A stretch of 64,000 bases of DNA, taken from NCBI GenBank assembly GCA_007695015.1, contig REEN01000063.1, positions 37,302-101,301 on the forward strand, written 5' to 3'. Numbering within the stretch: position 1 is the first letter of the stretch; every line of letters begins with the position of its first letter. Made by a program: the position numbers and the translations under genes. Of this stretch, positions 36,677-46,551 are shown in pieces. Under the pieces are notes generated by a model that was not told the origin of the DNA, did not search any database, and worked only from the letters and a program-made list of their open reading frames with translations. This stretch comes from Marinilabiliales bacterium. Lineage in GTDB: Bacteria > Bacteroidota > Bacteroidia > Bacteroidales > PUMT01.

Positions 36677-37876
36677 TCATTGCCGGCTGAGCCAGAGCAT
36701 GGGATCAAGTTTCCGGTTCTCTTCCCATATCCCGAGGTGAAGAACACTCTTATTACCTTCATCGGCATCAGTGAAAACCCGGCCGATAAGCTGACCTGTC
36801 CTCACAGTATCACCTGATCGAACAAACACATGAGATAAATTTGCATATACACTAAGGAAATTGCCATGCCTGATTAGAACAACATTGTTTAAACCCGGGA
36901 TGGTTCTGACCTGGCGTACATCGCCGTCAAAAACAGCTTTCACATCGGCATTCTCAACAGTGCTTATAATAATTCCATCATTCTGTATCCTGATGCCCCT
37001 TAAAACAGGATGCGGATGTTCACCGAAAAAACCAGTAACAACACCTCTTTCCGTTGGCCAGGGCAATGCTCCCCGGTTATTCTCAAATCTGTCAGATAGA
37101 ATTTTCTGCTCAGGGGTTAATTCATAAACTCGTGCTTCAGCAGCCCTGCGGGCCTCCTCCCTGAGTAAATCCTCTATAGCCTGTTGAAGGGATGCAGCAA
37201 TTTTCTGTTGATTCTCCAGTTCACTTTTTAATTCCCTCTCACGTTTACGCAAATTCCTGACCATTTCATCATGTTGCTCTGACTCCCTGGCTATATTACG
37301 GGTCTCTTCCTGATGTCGGCGAAAAAGTAGAACCTGCTCCTGGCGATTACTTTCAAGTAATTCAATTTCAGACACGATTTCATTGGTCAACACTGATATT
37401 CGCTCAATCTGATTCCTTCTTGAAGCCGCATATTGCTGTAAATATTTATATCGGCGATAGGCCTGATTAAAATCATTCGCGGCGAGTATAAACATAATTC
37501 TTTGATGCGAAAATCTATGTTTATAGGCGATTTGTATCAATCGTGCGTAGGCAGCCCTTGCCTCTTTTAACTCATTTTCCAGTTCAGAGATACGTAACCT
37601 TTTATTCTCGATACCGTTTTCAATGTAACGTATCTCCGACTGAAGGGTTGCCGTTAAACTTTGCCTTAGTTGAAGTCGCCTGTTGAGAATGTTAAGTTGT
37701 TCCATTGAACTTTGCCGGGTAACACTGGTCTGTTCCAGCAACTTTGAAGTATTATCAATAATCTCCTGCGTCTCTTTTCGCCTTCTCTCCAACTCCTCCT
37801 TACTTTGCGCGTGCCCGTTGACACAAGCAAGTATAACCAATGAAACAGCTATGACAAAATACTTATTCACAAACAT
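36677..37876 (-). CDS. EnvC-like murein hydrolase activator (coiled coil + degenerate M23/LytM domain)
   Basis: The start is taken at the ATG at 37876 (MFVNKYFVIAV..., signal peptide), 1 nt after the upstream stop. It has a coiled coil of about 230 aa. The canonical metal ligands are substituted in the C-terminal LytM fold: IQNDGIIIS replaces HxGxD, and VLHLGIWE replaces HLHFE. Confidence 0.8.
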   Translation of the reverse strand: MFVNKYFVIAVSLVILACVNGHAQSKEELERRRKETQEIIDNTSKLLEQTSVTRQSSMEQLNILNRRLQLRQSLTATLQSEIRYIENGIENKRLRISELENELKEARAAYARLIQIAYKHRFSHQRIMFILAANDFNQAYRRYKYLQQYAASRRNQIERISVLTNEIVSEIELLESNRQEQVLLFRRHQEETRNIARESEQHDEMVRNLRKRERELKSELENQQKIAASLQQAIEDLLREEARRAAEARVYELTPEQKILSDRFENNRGALPWPTERGVVTGFFGEHPHPVLRGIRIQNDGIIISTVENADVKAVFDGDVRQVRTIPGLNNVVLIRHGNFLSVYANLSHVFVRSGDTVRTGQLIGRVFTDADEGNKSVLHLGIWEENRKLDPMLWLSRQ

Positions 37877-37877
37877 A

Positions 37878-38705
37878 CTATTTGATTTCACGGAACCGGG
37901 AAGGCACATTAAATGGAAAACTAACATTATTTCCGGTTTCTATTCTTCCTATGGTAATATCTGCAGTCAAAGGAACATTATGTGATATAAAATAGAAGCC
38001 GATATCTACAGGCAAAAATCCATTGTCATAATTACCATAACTCCTGAAATCTATTCTTCCATACATATCTCCTTCACCGGAAATTTCTACACGGCTGGCT
38101 AGAAAATCTTTACCGACAGTAAGCCGGAACATCTGATTCCCTGTAAGATAAATATTGTTTTCAAGTTGTATATCTCCAGAAGATATAATAATTTTCCCAT
38201 CTTGAAACCGGTAAGTTATATCAGGACTAAAAACCCTCCAATTCTTGTCAATAAAAGGAGCGGGTGACCCTGTAAAAACAAACTCAAAAAGCTCAAATGG
38301 CAATATATAAGGATAAAGCCTTGCAGCTTGCTTATAGTTCCCCTTAAAATATGAATTATTCAACCGGTCAAGTACCTTAACACTATCCCTTGTTAAAACG
38401 ACCCGAGCAATTTCTATTCCGGCAAATGCACTTATGCTGGCCAGAATAGCGGAATCCCGCTTAATCCTGACATTAGCCCTGAAATTGACAGCATCTTCTC
38501 CTTCCTTTACCTGTACACTCACCCGTCCGGCAGAATAGGTATCAAACCCCGGATTACTATTGATTATGTTTTCAAATAATTCTTTTCCGCTGATCTCAGC
38601 ATCCGTAACCACTGGCCTCAACGTACGGCAGGCGGCAGCTAAAACAATTATTGCAAATAAAATCTGCAAAAAATACAAGGACCTTCGGATATAATAATTT
38701 CGCAT
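37878..38705 (-). CDS. lipoprotein, DUF4292/LolB-like (by recollection of conserved synteny)
   Basis: Lipobox (VLAAAC). 275 aa and beta-rich. It sits between a TPR lipoprotein and an M23 protein, an arrangement I recall as conserved in Bacteroidota. The family name is unverified. Confidence 0.55.
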   Translation of the reverse strand: MRNYYIRRSLYFLQILFAIIVLAAACRTLRPVVTDAEISGKELFENIINSNPGFDTYSAGRVSVQVKEGEDAVNFRANVRIKRDSAILASISAFAGIEIARVVLTRDSVKVLDRLNNSYFKGNYKQAARLYPYILPFELFEFVFTGSPAPFIDKNWRVFSPDITYRFQDGKIIISSGDIQLENNIYLTGNQMFRLTVGKDFLASRVEISGEGDMYGRIDFRSYGNYDNGFLPVDIGFYFISHNVPLTADITIGRIETGNNVSFPFNVPSRFREIK

Positions 38706-38809
38706 TTTTGCTTATTAAAACAATAAACTTGTGATCTGCTACTTTATCCAATCAACGCAATCCAGAAAAGCAAATCATAATAGCGCAAACCATAAACAGT
38801 ACCGGAGTA

Positions 38810-40552
38810 TCATAATTTCTTTCTGACAGTTTCAAGCAATATTTCAATCTCCTCTTCATCATCAGCCAGATCCCTGGCTTTGATAAAGTATATCTCGGCC
38901 TCCTCATTCCTTCCAAGCTGAATGAGTATTTGTCCGTAATGCTTTACAATCTCATATCTTTCAGAACCGGTATACTGATAAGCCTTTTCAATATAACTCA
39001 GAGCCTCATCGTACTCCCCAAGATTATAAAGAACCCATGCATAAGTGTCCAAAAATGCTGAATTGCCAGGTTCAGAATCAACTGCAATCCTGCTTAATTC
39101 GAGAGCCCTGTCAAGCTTTTCGCCTCTCAAAGCAAGATAATAGGCATGGTTGTTCATTGCAACAATATTATTACCGTCAGCATCCAATGACATCTTAAAG
39201 TATTGATCTGATAATTCAAACTCTTCCTTATTATTATAAATATCACCGAGAAGTGCGAATATGTGAGATCTCATTTCCAGTTCAATATTCTCATTACCTG
39301 CAGCCTCCGTAAGTAATTCTATTGCTTCATCTCTCAACTCCTTGCTGTTAAATGCATTACCGGTAAAATAAACAATAATTCCACTACCCGGAAAGCTATT
39401 TACCAATTTCGGACCTATTTCAACTATTTTGTCATTTTTTTCAAGGAATGAAAGCACACTGATCAGTTGCTCAGCAATTATAATATTCCCGGTATCATTT
39501 TCGTACAATTCCAGCAATACAGGGACAGACTCCTCGTATTGTCCTGACTGTATATGATACTCTGCGAGAATAATTCTTGCAGTATTGTAGCCGGGGTATT
39601 CATCAACAAGTAACCTGCCCAGCATCATGATGTCATTAATATCCCGGTTATTTATGCTTTCATCATATATTAATGCCCTTAGCACCTGTGCTTTGTCTGA
39701 ATATTCGATCCCGGGATTCCGGAAGGCATTCACTAAATAATGAACAGCTTCATCAAACTTTCCGGTCCTCAAATAAAACTCCGCAACAGACAGCTGAGCC
39801 ATCCCGTTTTCAGGGTCGAGCCTGAATACAGTCCTATAGCTTTCAAGCGCTTCCGAAAACATTTCCATTTCAGAATAAAGCTCAGCTAGTACACCATGAT
39901 AGGCAGGCTCAAGAGGAAATTTATCAATAAGCCCGATAATCTCTTCGTGAGCTTTTTCATACTGCCCGGTTTCCATGTAGATACTTTTCCGCGAAAGCGA
40001 AATCTTCTCATTAATACCTGTTATTTCCTGGGCACGGTTGTATACTAAAATGGCCTCATCATACCGTTCTGTGTAACCAAGCATCGCCCCAAGTGTCATA
40101 AAAAGGTCTATTTCCCCGGGAAAGTATTCAAGTGCACTATAATAGACATTTATTGCATTATCAAAATCATCCAACTCCCTGTATATTCCGGCGAGATGCA
40201 AATAGTACCAACGGTTTTCAGGATCGAGTTCAAGCGCTCGGCCGGCATATTCCGTGGCATTCTCCTTTTCACCGGCGACAAAATAGACATAAGATAACTC
40301 ATAATTTGCTACATCACTAAAAGGAAAAATATTCAGACTACGTTTCAGATAGTAATATGCATTTTCATAATCACCAATGATACGATATTTTATACCTTCA
40401 TTCAGAGCATAAACATATTCTATCTGCCTAATCTCATTTAGTTTATCAAAATCCTCGCGACTTGTTATATCAACGCTACGGCACCCGGAAAAAATAATAA
40501 TGGGATATATTAAAACTAATATAGATTTGGCTAAAGAGATTTTAACTGCCAT
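38810..40552 (-). CDS. tetratricopeptide repeat lipoprotein
   Basis: Lipobox (IIFSGC). Numerous 34-residue TPR-like units of the A-x-x-Y-x-x-A-L-x-x-P type (e.g. YYLKRSLNIFP, RALELDPEN, YRTVFRLDPEN). Confidence 0.85.
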   Translation of the reverse strand: MAVKISLAKSILVLIYPIIIFSGCRSVDITSREDFDKLNEIRQIEYVYALNEGIKYRIIGDYENAYYYLKRSLNIFPFSDVANYELSYVYFVAGEKENATEYAGRALELDPENRWYYLHLAGIYRELDDFDNAINVYYSALEYFPGEIDLFMTLGAMLGYTERYDEAILVYNRAQEITGINEKISLSRKSIYMETGQYEKAHEEIIGLIDKFPLEPAYHGVLAELYSEMEMFSEALESYRTVFRLDPENGMAQLSVAEFYLRTGKFDEAVHYLVNAFRNPGIEYSDKAQVLRALIYDESINNRDINDIMMLGRLLVDEYPGYNTARIILAEYHIQSGQYEESVPVLLELYENDTGNIIIAEQLISVLSFLEKNDKIVEIGPKLVNSFPGSGIIVYFTGNAFNSKELRDEAIELLTEAAGNENIELEMRSHIFALLGDIYNNKEEFELSDQYFKMSLDADGNNIVAMNNHAYYLALRGEKLDRALELSRIAVDSEPGNSAFLDTYAWVLYNLGEYDEALSYIEKAYQYTGSERYEIVKHYGQILIQLGRNEEAEIYFIKARDLADDEEEIEILLETVRKKL

Positions 40553-40633
40553 TTTAAAATTTTCTTCTGTTAATTCTTTGGTTTAAGCCAAAAGGCATAG
40601 GTAGTATAAAGAAGGTCTAAAACAATATTTCTT

Positions 40634-41068
40634 TCAGGATCTGCCGGTATGTCCGAAACCACCGCTACCTCTTCCTGTTGAATTAAGCCCTTCGGTCTCT
40701 TCCCAGTCAATTTTGGTATATTTATTTATGATCATCTGGCAAACCCTTTCTCCGTTGTTAACAACATATTCTTCGCCGGACAAATTAACCAGTATAACCC
40801 TTATCTCTCCCCTGTAATCAGCATCGACTGTCCCCGGAGTATTCAATACTGTAACCCCGTATTTCGCAGCAAGCCCGCTTCTTGGCCGTATCTGAGCCTC
40901 GTAACCTTCAGGCAGCTCAATAAAAATTCCCGTCGGTATAACCTTCCTTTCCATAGGCTTCAGGGTTACTGGTTCATCAAGAAAAGCGCGAATATCCATT
41001 CCAGCCGATAAAACTGTTTGATATTCAGGTAACGGATTACCGGAGGTGTTTCTTATTTTAACAATCAT
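40634..41068 (-). CDS. dut: dUTP diphosphatase
   Basis: The real start is the ATG at 41068 ([18 protein letters not shown]...). dUTPase motifs are present: [41 protein letters not shown]. The ORF-track extension to 41365 overlaps the flippase gene. Confidence 0.92.
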   Translation of the reverse strand: MIVKIRNTSGNPLPEYQTVLSAGMDIRAFLDEPVTLKPMERKVIPTGIFIELPEGYEAQIRPRSGLAAKYGVTVLNTPGTVDADYRGEIRVILVNLSGEEYVVNNGERVCQMIINKYTKIDWEETEGLNSTGRGSGGFGHTGRS

Positions 41069-41103
41069 ATTATAAAAATTATTACTATAGTCAGCAGATG
41101 CAT

Positions 41104-42585
41104 TTACCGCAGACCCAACAATTCCTTGATAAAACTCCTTTCCCTGTATATAATAAACCCTGCAAAAATAACAAGAATTAGGGTGTTTACAGTATATTTG
41201 AACAGAGCGTTTTCTCCACGGGTAACAGTAGAAATTAAATATACTGCCAAACCTGCCAAAATCATTATAATAATCTCTTTCAACCTGTAAGGCACAGGAT
41301 AAACACTTCTGCCAATAGTAAATGACATAAGCACCATGCCAAAATAGGCCAGAAAATGACCCCATGCAGAGGCCATGTATCCATACTCAGGTATAAAAAC
41401 CCAGTTTACCGTAATTGTAATAATTGCTCCACATACTGCGAAAAGAGCGCCGTAAGCAGTTTTTTCATTGAGTTTATACCATACCGACAAATTATAGTAT
41501 ATGCCAAGCATCAGATACCCGCCAAGAATAACCGGTACTACCCTGACTCCTTCATGATATCCGGAATCAATAATGTGTTTGAAAATGTCAATATAAAGTG
41601 TAATGACCAGAAAAACCAGAACGCCGGCTGCTACAAAATAATACATAACATCAGCATATATTTTGGGTCCCGATCGATTTTTCTCCTGGCTGAATATGAA
41701 GGGCTCAAACGCAAAACGGAACATTTGTATAAACAACATCATAAGAACGGCTATTTTTACATTTGCCCCATAAATACCTATCTGCTCAAGTGCATTAACA
41801 TCATCTGGTAACCGGTATCGCAAAAGTATCCTGTCCAGAAATTCATTCACTGTCCCCGCAAGTCCGGCAACAAGTAACGGTATCCCATAATAAATCATTG
41901 ACCTGAAAAGACTTGCCGAAAAACCATATCGCATTTTAAGTATCTCACCAGTGAAAATAGCCAGGGTCACCAGAGATGCCAGGAAATTGGAAAGAAAAAC
42001 ATACCCTACCCGGAATTCGGGATCATATAAAACTTCAACCAGCCAACCTCTGAGCCCGTTTTTATACATCCAGGGAAGGACAAGCAGGAACAGAACATTG
42101 AATAATATATTGACTACAACGTTCAGAAGTTTAATAAGAGCAAACTTTACCGATTTCTCTTTATACCGGAGGTTGGCAAAGGGAATGGCTACAAGTGCAT
42201 CTGCCCCCAGTACAAGTCCGAGTAACAAAACAAAGGAACTATTATTACCATACCCAATAATGTGCGCAATTTCCTGATAAAAAAGTACAACAGCAATAAT
42301 AAACAGCAATGAAGTAATTGATATTGAAGTAAGCGCCGTTGAATAAACAAGCCTTTGATTACTGTATCTGGCGGAGTACCTGAAGAAAGCTGTCTCCATG
42401 CCGTAAGTCAGTATAATGATAATGAAAGCTACATAAGCATATAGCTCGTTCACGATACCATACTCAGCTGTATCGGTAAATATCCGTGTATAGAACGGTA
42501 CCAGCAAAAAATTAAGCACTCTCGCAATTACACTGCTAAGTCCGTAAACAGCAGTCTGACCGGCAAGCTGTTTTAAAGGATTCAA
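41104..42585 (-). CDS. MOP-superfamily oligosaccharide flippase / polysaccharide biosynthesis protein
   Basis: 493 aa with about 14 predicted TM helices. The N-terminus ([28 protein letters not shown]) is typical of Wzx/MurJ-like exporters. Confidence 0.78.
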   Translation of the reverse strand: MNPLKQLAGQTAVYGLSSVIARVLNFLLVPFYTRIFTDTAEYGIVNELYAYVAFIIIILTYGMETAFFRYSARYSNQRLVYSTALTSISITSLLFIIAVVLFYQEIAHIIGYGNNSSFVLLLGLVLGADALVAIPFANLRYKEKSVKFALIKLLNVVVNILFNVLFLLVLPWMYKNGLRGWLVEVLYDPEFRVGYVFLSNFLASLVTLAIFTGEILKMRYGFSASLFRSMIYYGIPLLVAGLAGTVNEFLDRILLRYRLPDDVNALEQIGIYGANVKIAVLMMLFIQMFRFAFEPFIFSQEKNRSGPKIYADVMYYFVAAGVLVFLVITLYIDIFKHIIDSGYHEGVRVVPVILGGYLMLGIYYNLSVWYKLNEKTAYGALFAVCGAIITITVNWVFIPEYGYMASAWGHFLAYFGMVLMSFTIGRSVYPVPYRLKEIIIMILAGLAVYLISTVTRGENALFKYTVNTLILVIFAGFIIYRERSFIKELLGLR

Positions 42586-42608
42586 TTCATTCAGGTTTCA
42601 GTAGGCAG

Positions 42609-43535
42609 TTATTGTTTTAATTCCTCCTTATATGCATCTATATAGATAGTAGCAACAATATCCAATTCACTCCTGATCCTTTTAATGAACAGGGCGGTAA
42701 TTCTATTTGCATTATCAAGCTTGTAATTGCCTGGTAATTTTATATGAAAAGTAAGTTCCGTATGGTTGCCATATTTATGAATATTAAAATGGTGCGAATA
42801 AAGCTCTCCGGAATATATCTCATTTCCAATATTATTGATCTTATCAATCAATTCCTTATCGGGTTTTTCACCGAGTAGCGGATCAATACTATCCTTTACT
42901 ATCCTGAAAGCAAGTATAAGTATCATAACCGATACAAATGCTCCAAGTGCACCGTCAATCCACCATATATACCGACCAAGAAGAATACCTACCAGTATAA
43001 TCAGACTTGTAAAGGCATCTGACCTGTGATGCCATCCGTCGGCAAAAAGGGCCTTGGACCCTTCATTTCTGCTGGCATAAAATGAAATCTGGGCCATAAT
43101 CTCCTTTACAACAAGGGAAATTGCGGTGACCGTAATAGCTAAATAACCAAATATAACAGTTTCTCCGGTGATTATCCTGTTTACACTTTCGTATAAAAAA
43201 TTTATAGCAATAAGAACAAGTATAAGTCCGATAAACAGTGAGGCTATAACCTCAGCACGACCATGGCCATATGGATGTTCATTATCAGCTGGTTTTGATG
43301 ATACATATATTCCGATCAAAAGAATAACCGATGATACAGAGTCAGACAGGGTGTGCCATGCATCTGCTATAAGGGCTACTGATCCGGTAACAAGACCAGC
43401 CCACAATTTGAATGCAAACAATACGGTGTTTCCGGCAATCGAAAAAAAACCGGCAAATTTTCCGCTGATGTTTCGGCCTTTGCTTTTTACAAATATCATA
43501 TCTGTTTCAACAGTCCGATGATGTAAAAAAATCAT
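42609..43535 (-). CDS. cation diffusion facilitator family transporter
   Basis: Six TM helices, with metal-site motifs ADAWHTLSD and DGWHHRSD (HxxxD) and a C-terminal cytoplasmic domain. The ATG at 43499 is an alternative start. Confidence 0.85.
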   Translation of the reverse strand: MIFLHHRTVETDMIFVKSKGRNISGKFAGFFSIAGNTVLFAFKLWAGLVTGSVALIADAWHTLSDSVSSVILLIGIYVSSKPADNEHPYGHGRAEVIASLFIGLILVLIAINFLYESVNRIITGETVIFGYLAITVTAISLVVKEIMAQISFYASRNEGSKALFADGWHHRSDAFTSLIILVGILLGRYIWWIDGALGAFVSVMILILAFRIVKDSIDPLLGEKPDKELIDKINNIGNEIYSGELYSHHFNIHKYGNHTELTFHIKLPGNYKLDNANRITALFIKRIRSELDIVATIYIDAYKEELKQ

Positions 43536-43561
43536 CTAACTTTGTAAAGTTAATCAGGATT

Positions 43562-44392
43562 ATGAAATATATTAATCTTAAAATTATGTTAAAGTATTTA
43601 CCCCTGCTTTTAATCTGCGTAAGCTACGCATGTTCAGGCACTACAAATGATGACGGCGATAAAAGGATAGTCCGTGTCGAAACTGTTTACGGCAACATGG
43701 ATATTATGCTTTTCAATGAAACACCCCTTCACAGGGATAATTTCATCAAACTCATTGAGGACGGATTCTACGAAGACCTTCTTTTCCACAGGGTTATAGA
43801 TAATTTCATGATCCAGGGCGGAGATCCCGTGTCGAGGAATGCCACAGGGGATACGCAACCAGGTTCAGGAGGCCCGGGATATACAATACCGGCAGAAATT
43901 CATGACCACCTTTACCACCGTAAGGGTGCTTTAGCAGCTGCAAGACTTGGTGATAATGTAAATCCCGACAGGGAATCATCCGGATCACAGTTTTATATTG
44001 TCCATGGATCACTTTTTACAGATCAACAGCTTGATGAAATGGAGCAAAGGATACAGGCAATGGAGGAGCATGAATTTACCTCCCGTAACTTCAGGCGGCT
44101 TGAAAAAGAGTACCTCGACCGTGATGAGGTTCCTGATTATGCAGCAATTGCTTCACGTATTGAGGAGCTGGGAAATGAATATTATTCCTCTGGTAATCAT
44201 TTCAAGTTTTCTGATGAAATGAGAGAGTCCTATACCACTGTTGGAGGGGCACCCCACCTTGATGGTTCATATACCGTATTCGGACAGGTAATAGAGGGTT
44301 TTGAGGTAATAGATAAAATCGCTTCTGTTGAAACCAACAGCGCCGCCCGGCCCCGTGAAGACATAAAAATGAATATCAGGGTCATAAGGTAA
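43562..44392 (+). CDS. cyclophilin-type peptidyl-prolyl isomerase lipoprotein
   Basis: Lipobox (VSYAC). Cyclophilin blocks are FHRVIDNFMIQGGDP and GSQFYIV. An insertion (DQQLDEMEQRIQAMEE...) precedes YTVFGQVIEG. Confidence 0.9.
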   Translation: MKYINLKIMLKYLPLLLICVSYACSGTTNDDGDKRIVRVETVYGNMDIMLFNETPLHRDNFIKLIEDGFYEDLLFHRVIDNFMIQGGDPVSRNATGDTQPGSGGPGYTIPAEIHDHLYHRKGALAAARLGDNVNPDRESSGSQFYIVHGSLFTDQQLDEMEQRIQAMEEHEFTSRNFRRLEKEYLDRDEVPDYAAIASRIEELGNEYYSSGNHFKFSDEMRESYTTVGGAPHLDGSYTVFGQVIEGFEVIDKIASVETNSAARPREDIKMNIRVIR

Positions 44393-44418
44393 CCTGTAGA
44401 ACAATAAAGACCGTTACA

Positions 44419-45435
44419 ATGCAGGATTTGATAAATAATTTACAGAAGGAGGCCGATCTGTTTGAGATAAAAGATATCTCTGATCTGGAAAATTTCAGAA
44501 ACAAATATTTAAGCAAAAAAGGAGAGATCGCTGAGCTTTTCAAAGTGTTCAGGAATCTCTCCCCTGAAGAAAAAAAGATAACGGGAAAATTACTGAACGA
44601 GGTAAAAATCAGCATCCAGTCAAAATATGACAATTTTTTTTCCTCTCTGTCCGGAAATATCAAAGATCATGGAATACCGGACCTTACGCTTCCGTCAGAT
44701 CATATAGCTGCTGGCAGCAGACATCCAATTTCGGTAGTGAGAAAAGAGATAATTGAAATATTCAGCCGCATCGGTTTTACAATTTCGGAAGGGCCCGAAA
44801 TAGAGGACGACTGGCATGTGTTTTCAGCCCTTAACTTTCCTGAAGAACATCCTGCGCGGGATATGCAGGACACCTTCTTTATCGAAAAAGATCCGGATAT
44901 TCTGCTCAGAACACATACTTCATCGGTACAGGTCAGGGTCATGCAATCAGTTGCTCCCCCTATCAGGACAATTTCACCTGGCAGAGTCTTCAGGAACGAG
45001 GCTATATCAGCAAGGTCGCATTGTATATTTCACCAGATCGAAGGTCTGTATATTGATGAAAAGGTATCATTCGCTGATCTTAAACAAACCCTTGAGTTTT
45101 TCGCCAAGGAGCTCTTTGGTGAAAAGACCAGAATACGCCTTCGTCCTTCCTTTTTTCCGTTTACAGAGCCTTCGGGCGAGATGGATGTTTCATGTACCTG
45201 TAACAGTAAGGGATGCCGTTTGTGTAAATACACCGGCTGGCTAGAAGTCCTTGGTTGCGGAATGGTTGATCCCAACGTTCTCAGGGATTGTGGGATTGAT
45301 CCTGATAAATTTACCGGCTTTGCTTTTGGACTTGGCATAGAAAGAATAGCACTTCTGAAATATGATATCAAGGATATCCGGATGTACTTTGAAAATGATG
45401 TCCGTTTTCTTTCTCAGTTTAATGGAATAGTCTGA
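44419..45435 (+). CDS. pheS: phenylalanine--tRNA ligase alpha subunit
   Basis: Class II motifs: HPARDMQDTFF, FRNEAISARSHCIFHQIEG, GFAFGLGIERIALL. Confidence 0.95.
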   Translation: MQDLINNLQKEADLFEIKDISDLENFRNKYLSKKGEIAELFKVFRNLSPEEKKITGKLLNEVKISIQSKYDNFFSSLSGNIKDHGIPDLTLPSDHIAAGSRHPISVVRKEIIEIFSRIGFTISEGPEIEDDWHVFSALNFPEEHPARDMQDTFFIEKDPDILLRTHTSSVQVRVMQSVAPPIRTISPGRVFRNEAISARSHCIFHQIEGLYIDEKVSFADLKQTLEFFAKELFGEKTRIRLRPSFFPFTEPSGEMDVSCTCNSKGCRLCKYTGWLEVLGCGMVDPNVLRDCGIDPDKFTGFAFGLGIERIALLKYDIKDIRMYFENDVRFLSQFNGIV

Positions 45436-45564
45436 TTAAACTACAACTTCCATTACTTCAAACGGTTTAAAATAATTACTGTTTACTGTATATCTTAACA
45501 TATTTCAATTTATTTACTAAATTTACGCATTAGGTACTATTTTGTTCATATCACTGATCCGGTC

Positions 45565-46272
45565 ATGATCAAACATACTGCAAATACACTGAATTGCGAG
45601 GGCTGCAAGAGCGAATTCAACAGTATCTTCAAGCATCTTACCTCTGAGCAGCACGAAATGATCTCTTTGGACAAAAATTGCGAACCATATAAAAGAGGAT
45701 CCATAATATATCATGAGGGCAACAGGATTTCAGGATGCTACTGTGTCGGGAGCGGAATTGTTAAAATTTACAAGACCGGTATAGATGGAAAGGAACAGAT
45801 AATAGCTTTTGCAAAAAAGGGTGATATCATAGGGTTCAGATCTGTTCTCAGTGGAGAACTGGCTTGCACCACTGCCAAAGTAATAGAAGAATCCCACCTC
45901 TGTTTTATACCTGGCGATACCTTTATTGACCTCTTCAGGGAAAATCCTGATTTCTCAATGGATCTTATGCAGCTTGCCTGCAAGGAGCTTGGTGAAGCGA
46001 ATGCCTATATTACTGATATTGCCCAGAAAACTGTACGTGAAAGACTTGCAGAAGTTCTTCTGATACTGATGAAAAACTTTGACCTTGATGCGGAGCATTT
46101 TCTTCAGATAACGCTTACAAGGGAAGAACTTGCAAATATTGTCGGAACTGCAACCGAATCTGTTATCAGGTTGCTGTCTGAATTTAAATCTGATAATCTA
46201 ATTGAACTTCACGGCCGAAGAATCAAACTACTTGATATAAAAGGCCTTAAAAAAGCGGGTAACGTCTTCTAA
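45565..46272 (+). CDS. Crp/Fnr family transcriptional regulator
   Basis: cNMP-binding beta-roll followed by a C-terminal HTH (REELANIVGTATESVIRLLSEF). The N-terminal region has Cys residues (CEGC, NC, GCYC). Confidence 0.85.
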   Translation: MIKHTANTLNCEGCKSEFNSIFKHLTSEQHEMISLDKNCEPYKRGSIIYHEGNRISGCYCVGSGIVKIYKTGIDGKEQIIAFAKKGDIIGFRSVLSGELACTTAKVIEESHLCFIPGDTFIDLFRENPDFSMDLMQLACKELGEANAYITDIAQKTVRERLAEVLLILMKNFDLDAEHFLQITLTREELANIVGTATESVIRLLSEFKSDNLIELHGRRIKLLDIKGLKKAGNVF

Positions 46273-46284
46273 GATAAGCTATCC

Positions 46285-46458
46285 CTAGTCTAAGATCTTA
46301 TTCACAATCACATGTGCTGCCAGTCCGGCTACAATCAATACACCGCTCAATATTAAAAGGGTATTGTTCGCCCTGTCCTGTATCAACAGCGCCAATGCAA
46401 GTATTAAAATGGCAATCAAAAATATTATCAAACCAATGTTTTGAATAATTTGCTTCAT
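46285..46458 (-). CDS. small membrane protein (57 aa, two predicted TM helices), not in the ORF track
   Basis: ATG at 46458 to TAG at 46287-46285: MKQIIQNIGLIIFLIAILILALALLIQDRANNTLLILSGVLIVAGLAAHVIVNKILD. Two hydrophobic helices are separated by QDRANN. A TAnnTTTG motif lies 35 nt upstream. Confidence 0.4.
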   Translation of the reverse strand: MKQIIQNIGLIIFLIAILILALALLIQDRANNTLLILSGVLIVAGLAAHVIVNKILD

Positions 46459-46493
46459 TTCCTTAGATATTTAACATTGCTTATTTATGTTGC

Positions 46494-46501
46494 CAAAAAT
46501 A
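46494..46501 (-). promoter_or_regulatory. Bacteroidota -7 promoter-like motif upstream of the small ORF
   Basis: The minus strand reads TATTTTTG, 35 nt upstream of the ATG at 46458. Confidence 0.3.
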
Positions 46502-46551
46502 ACTAATAATTTCAAAAAAGATAATCAAGTAATTGCATATTTCTACAGATA

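Noticed and set aside
36489-36680. 63-aa ORF overlapping the start of the RsbW-like gene
   Set aside because: It overlaps a supported gene in another frame and has no start context or recognisable features.
41069-41365. N-terminal extension of the dut ORF (243-aa version)
   Set aside because: The extension overlaps the 3' end of the flippase gene and has Cys/Tyr/Phe-rich nonsense composition. The conserved dUTPase begins at the internal ATG (41068).
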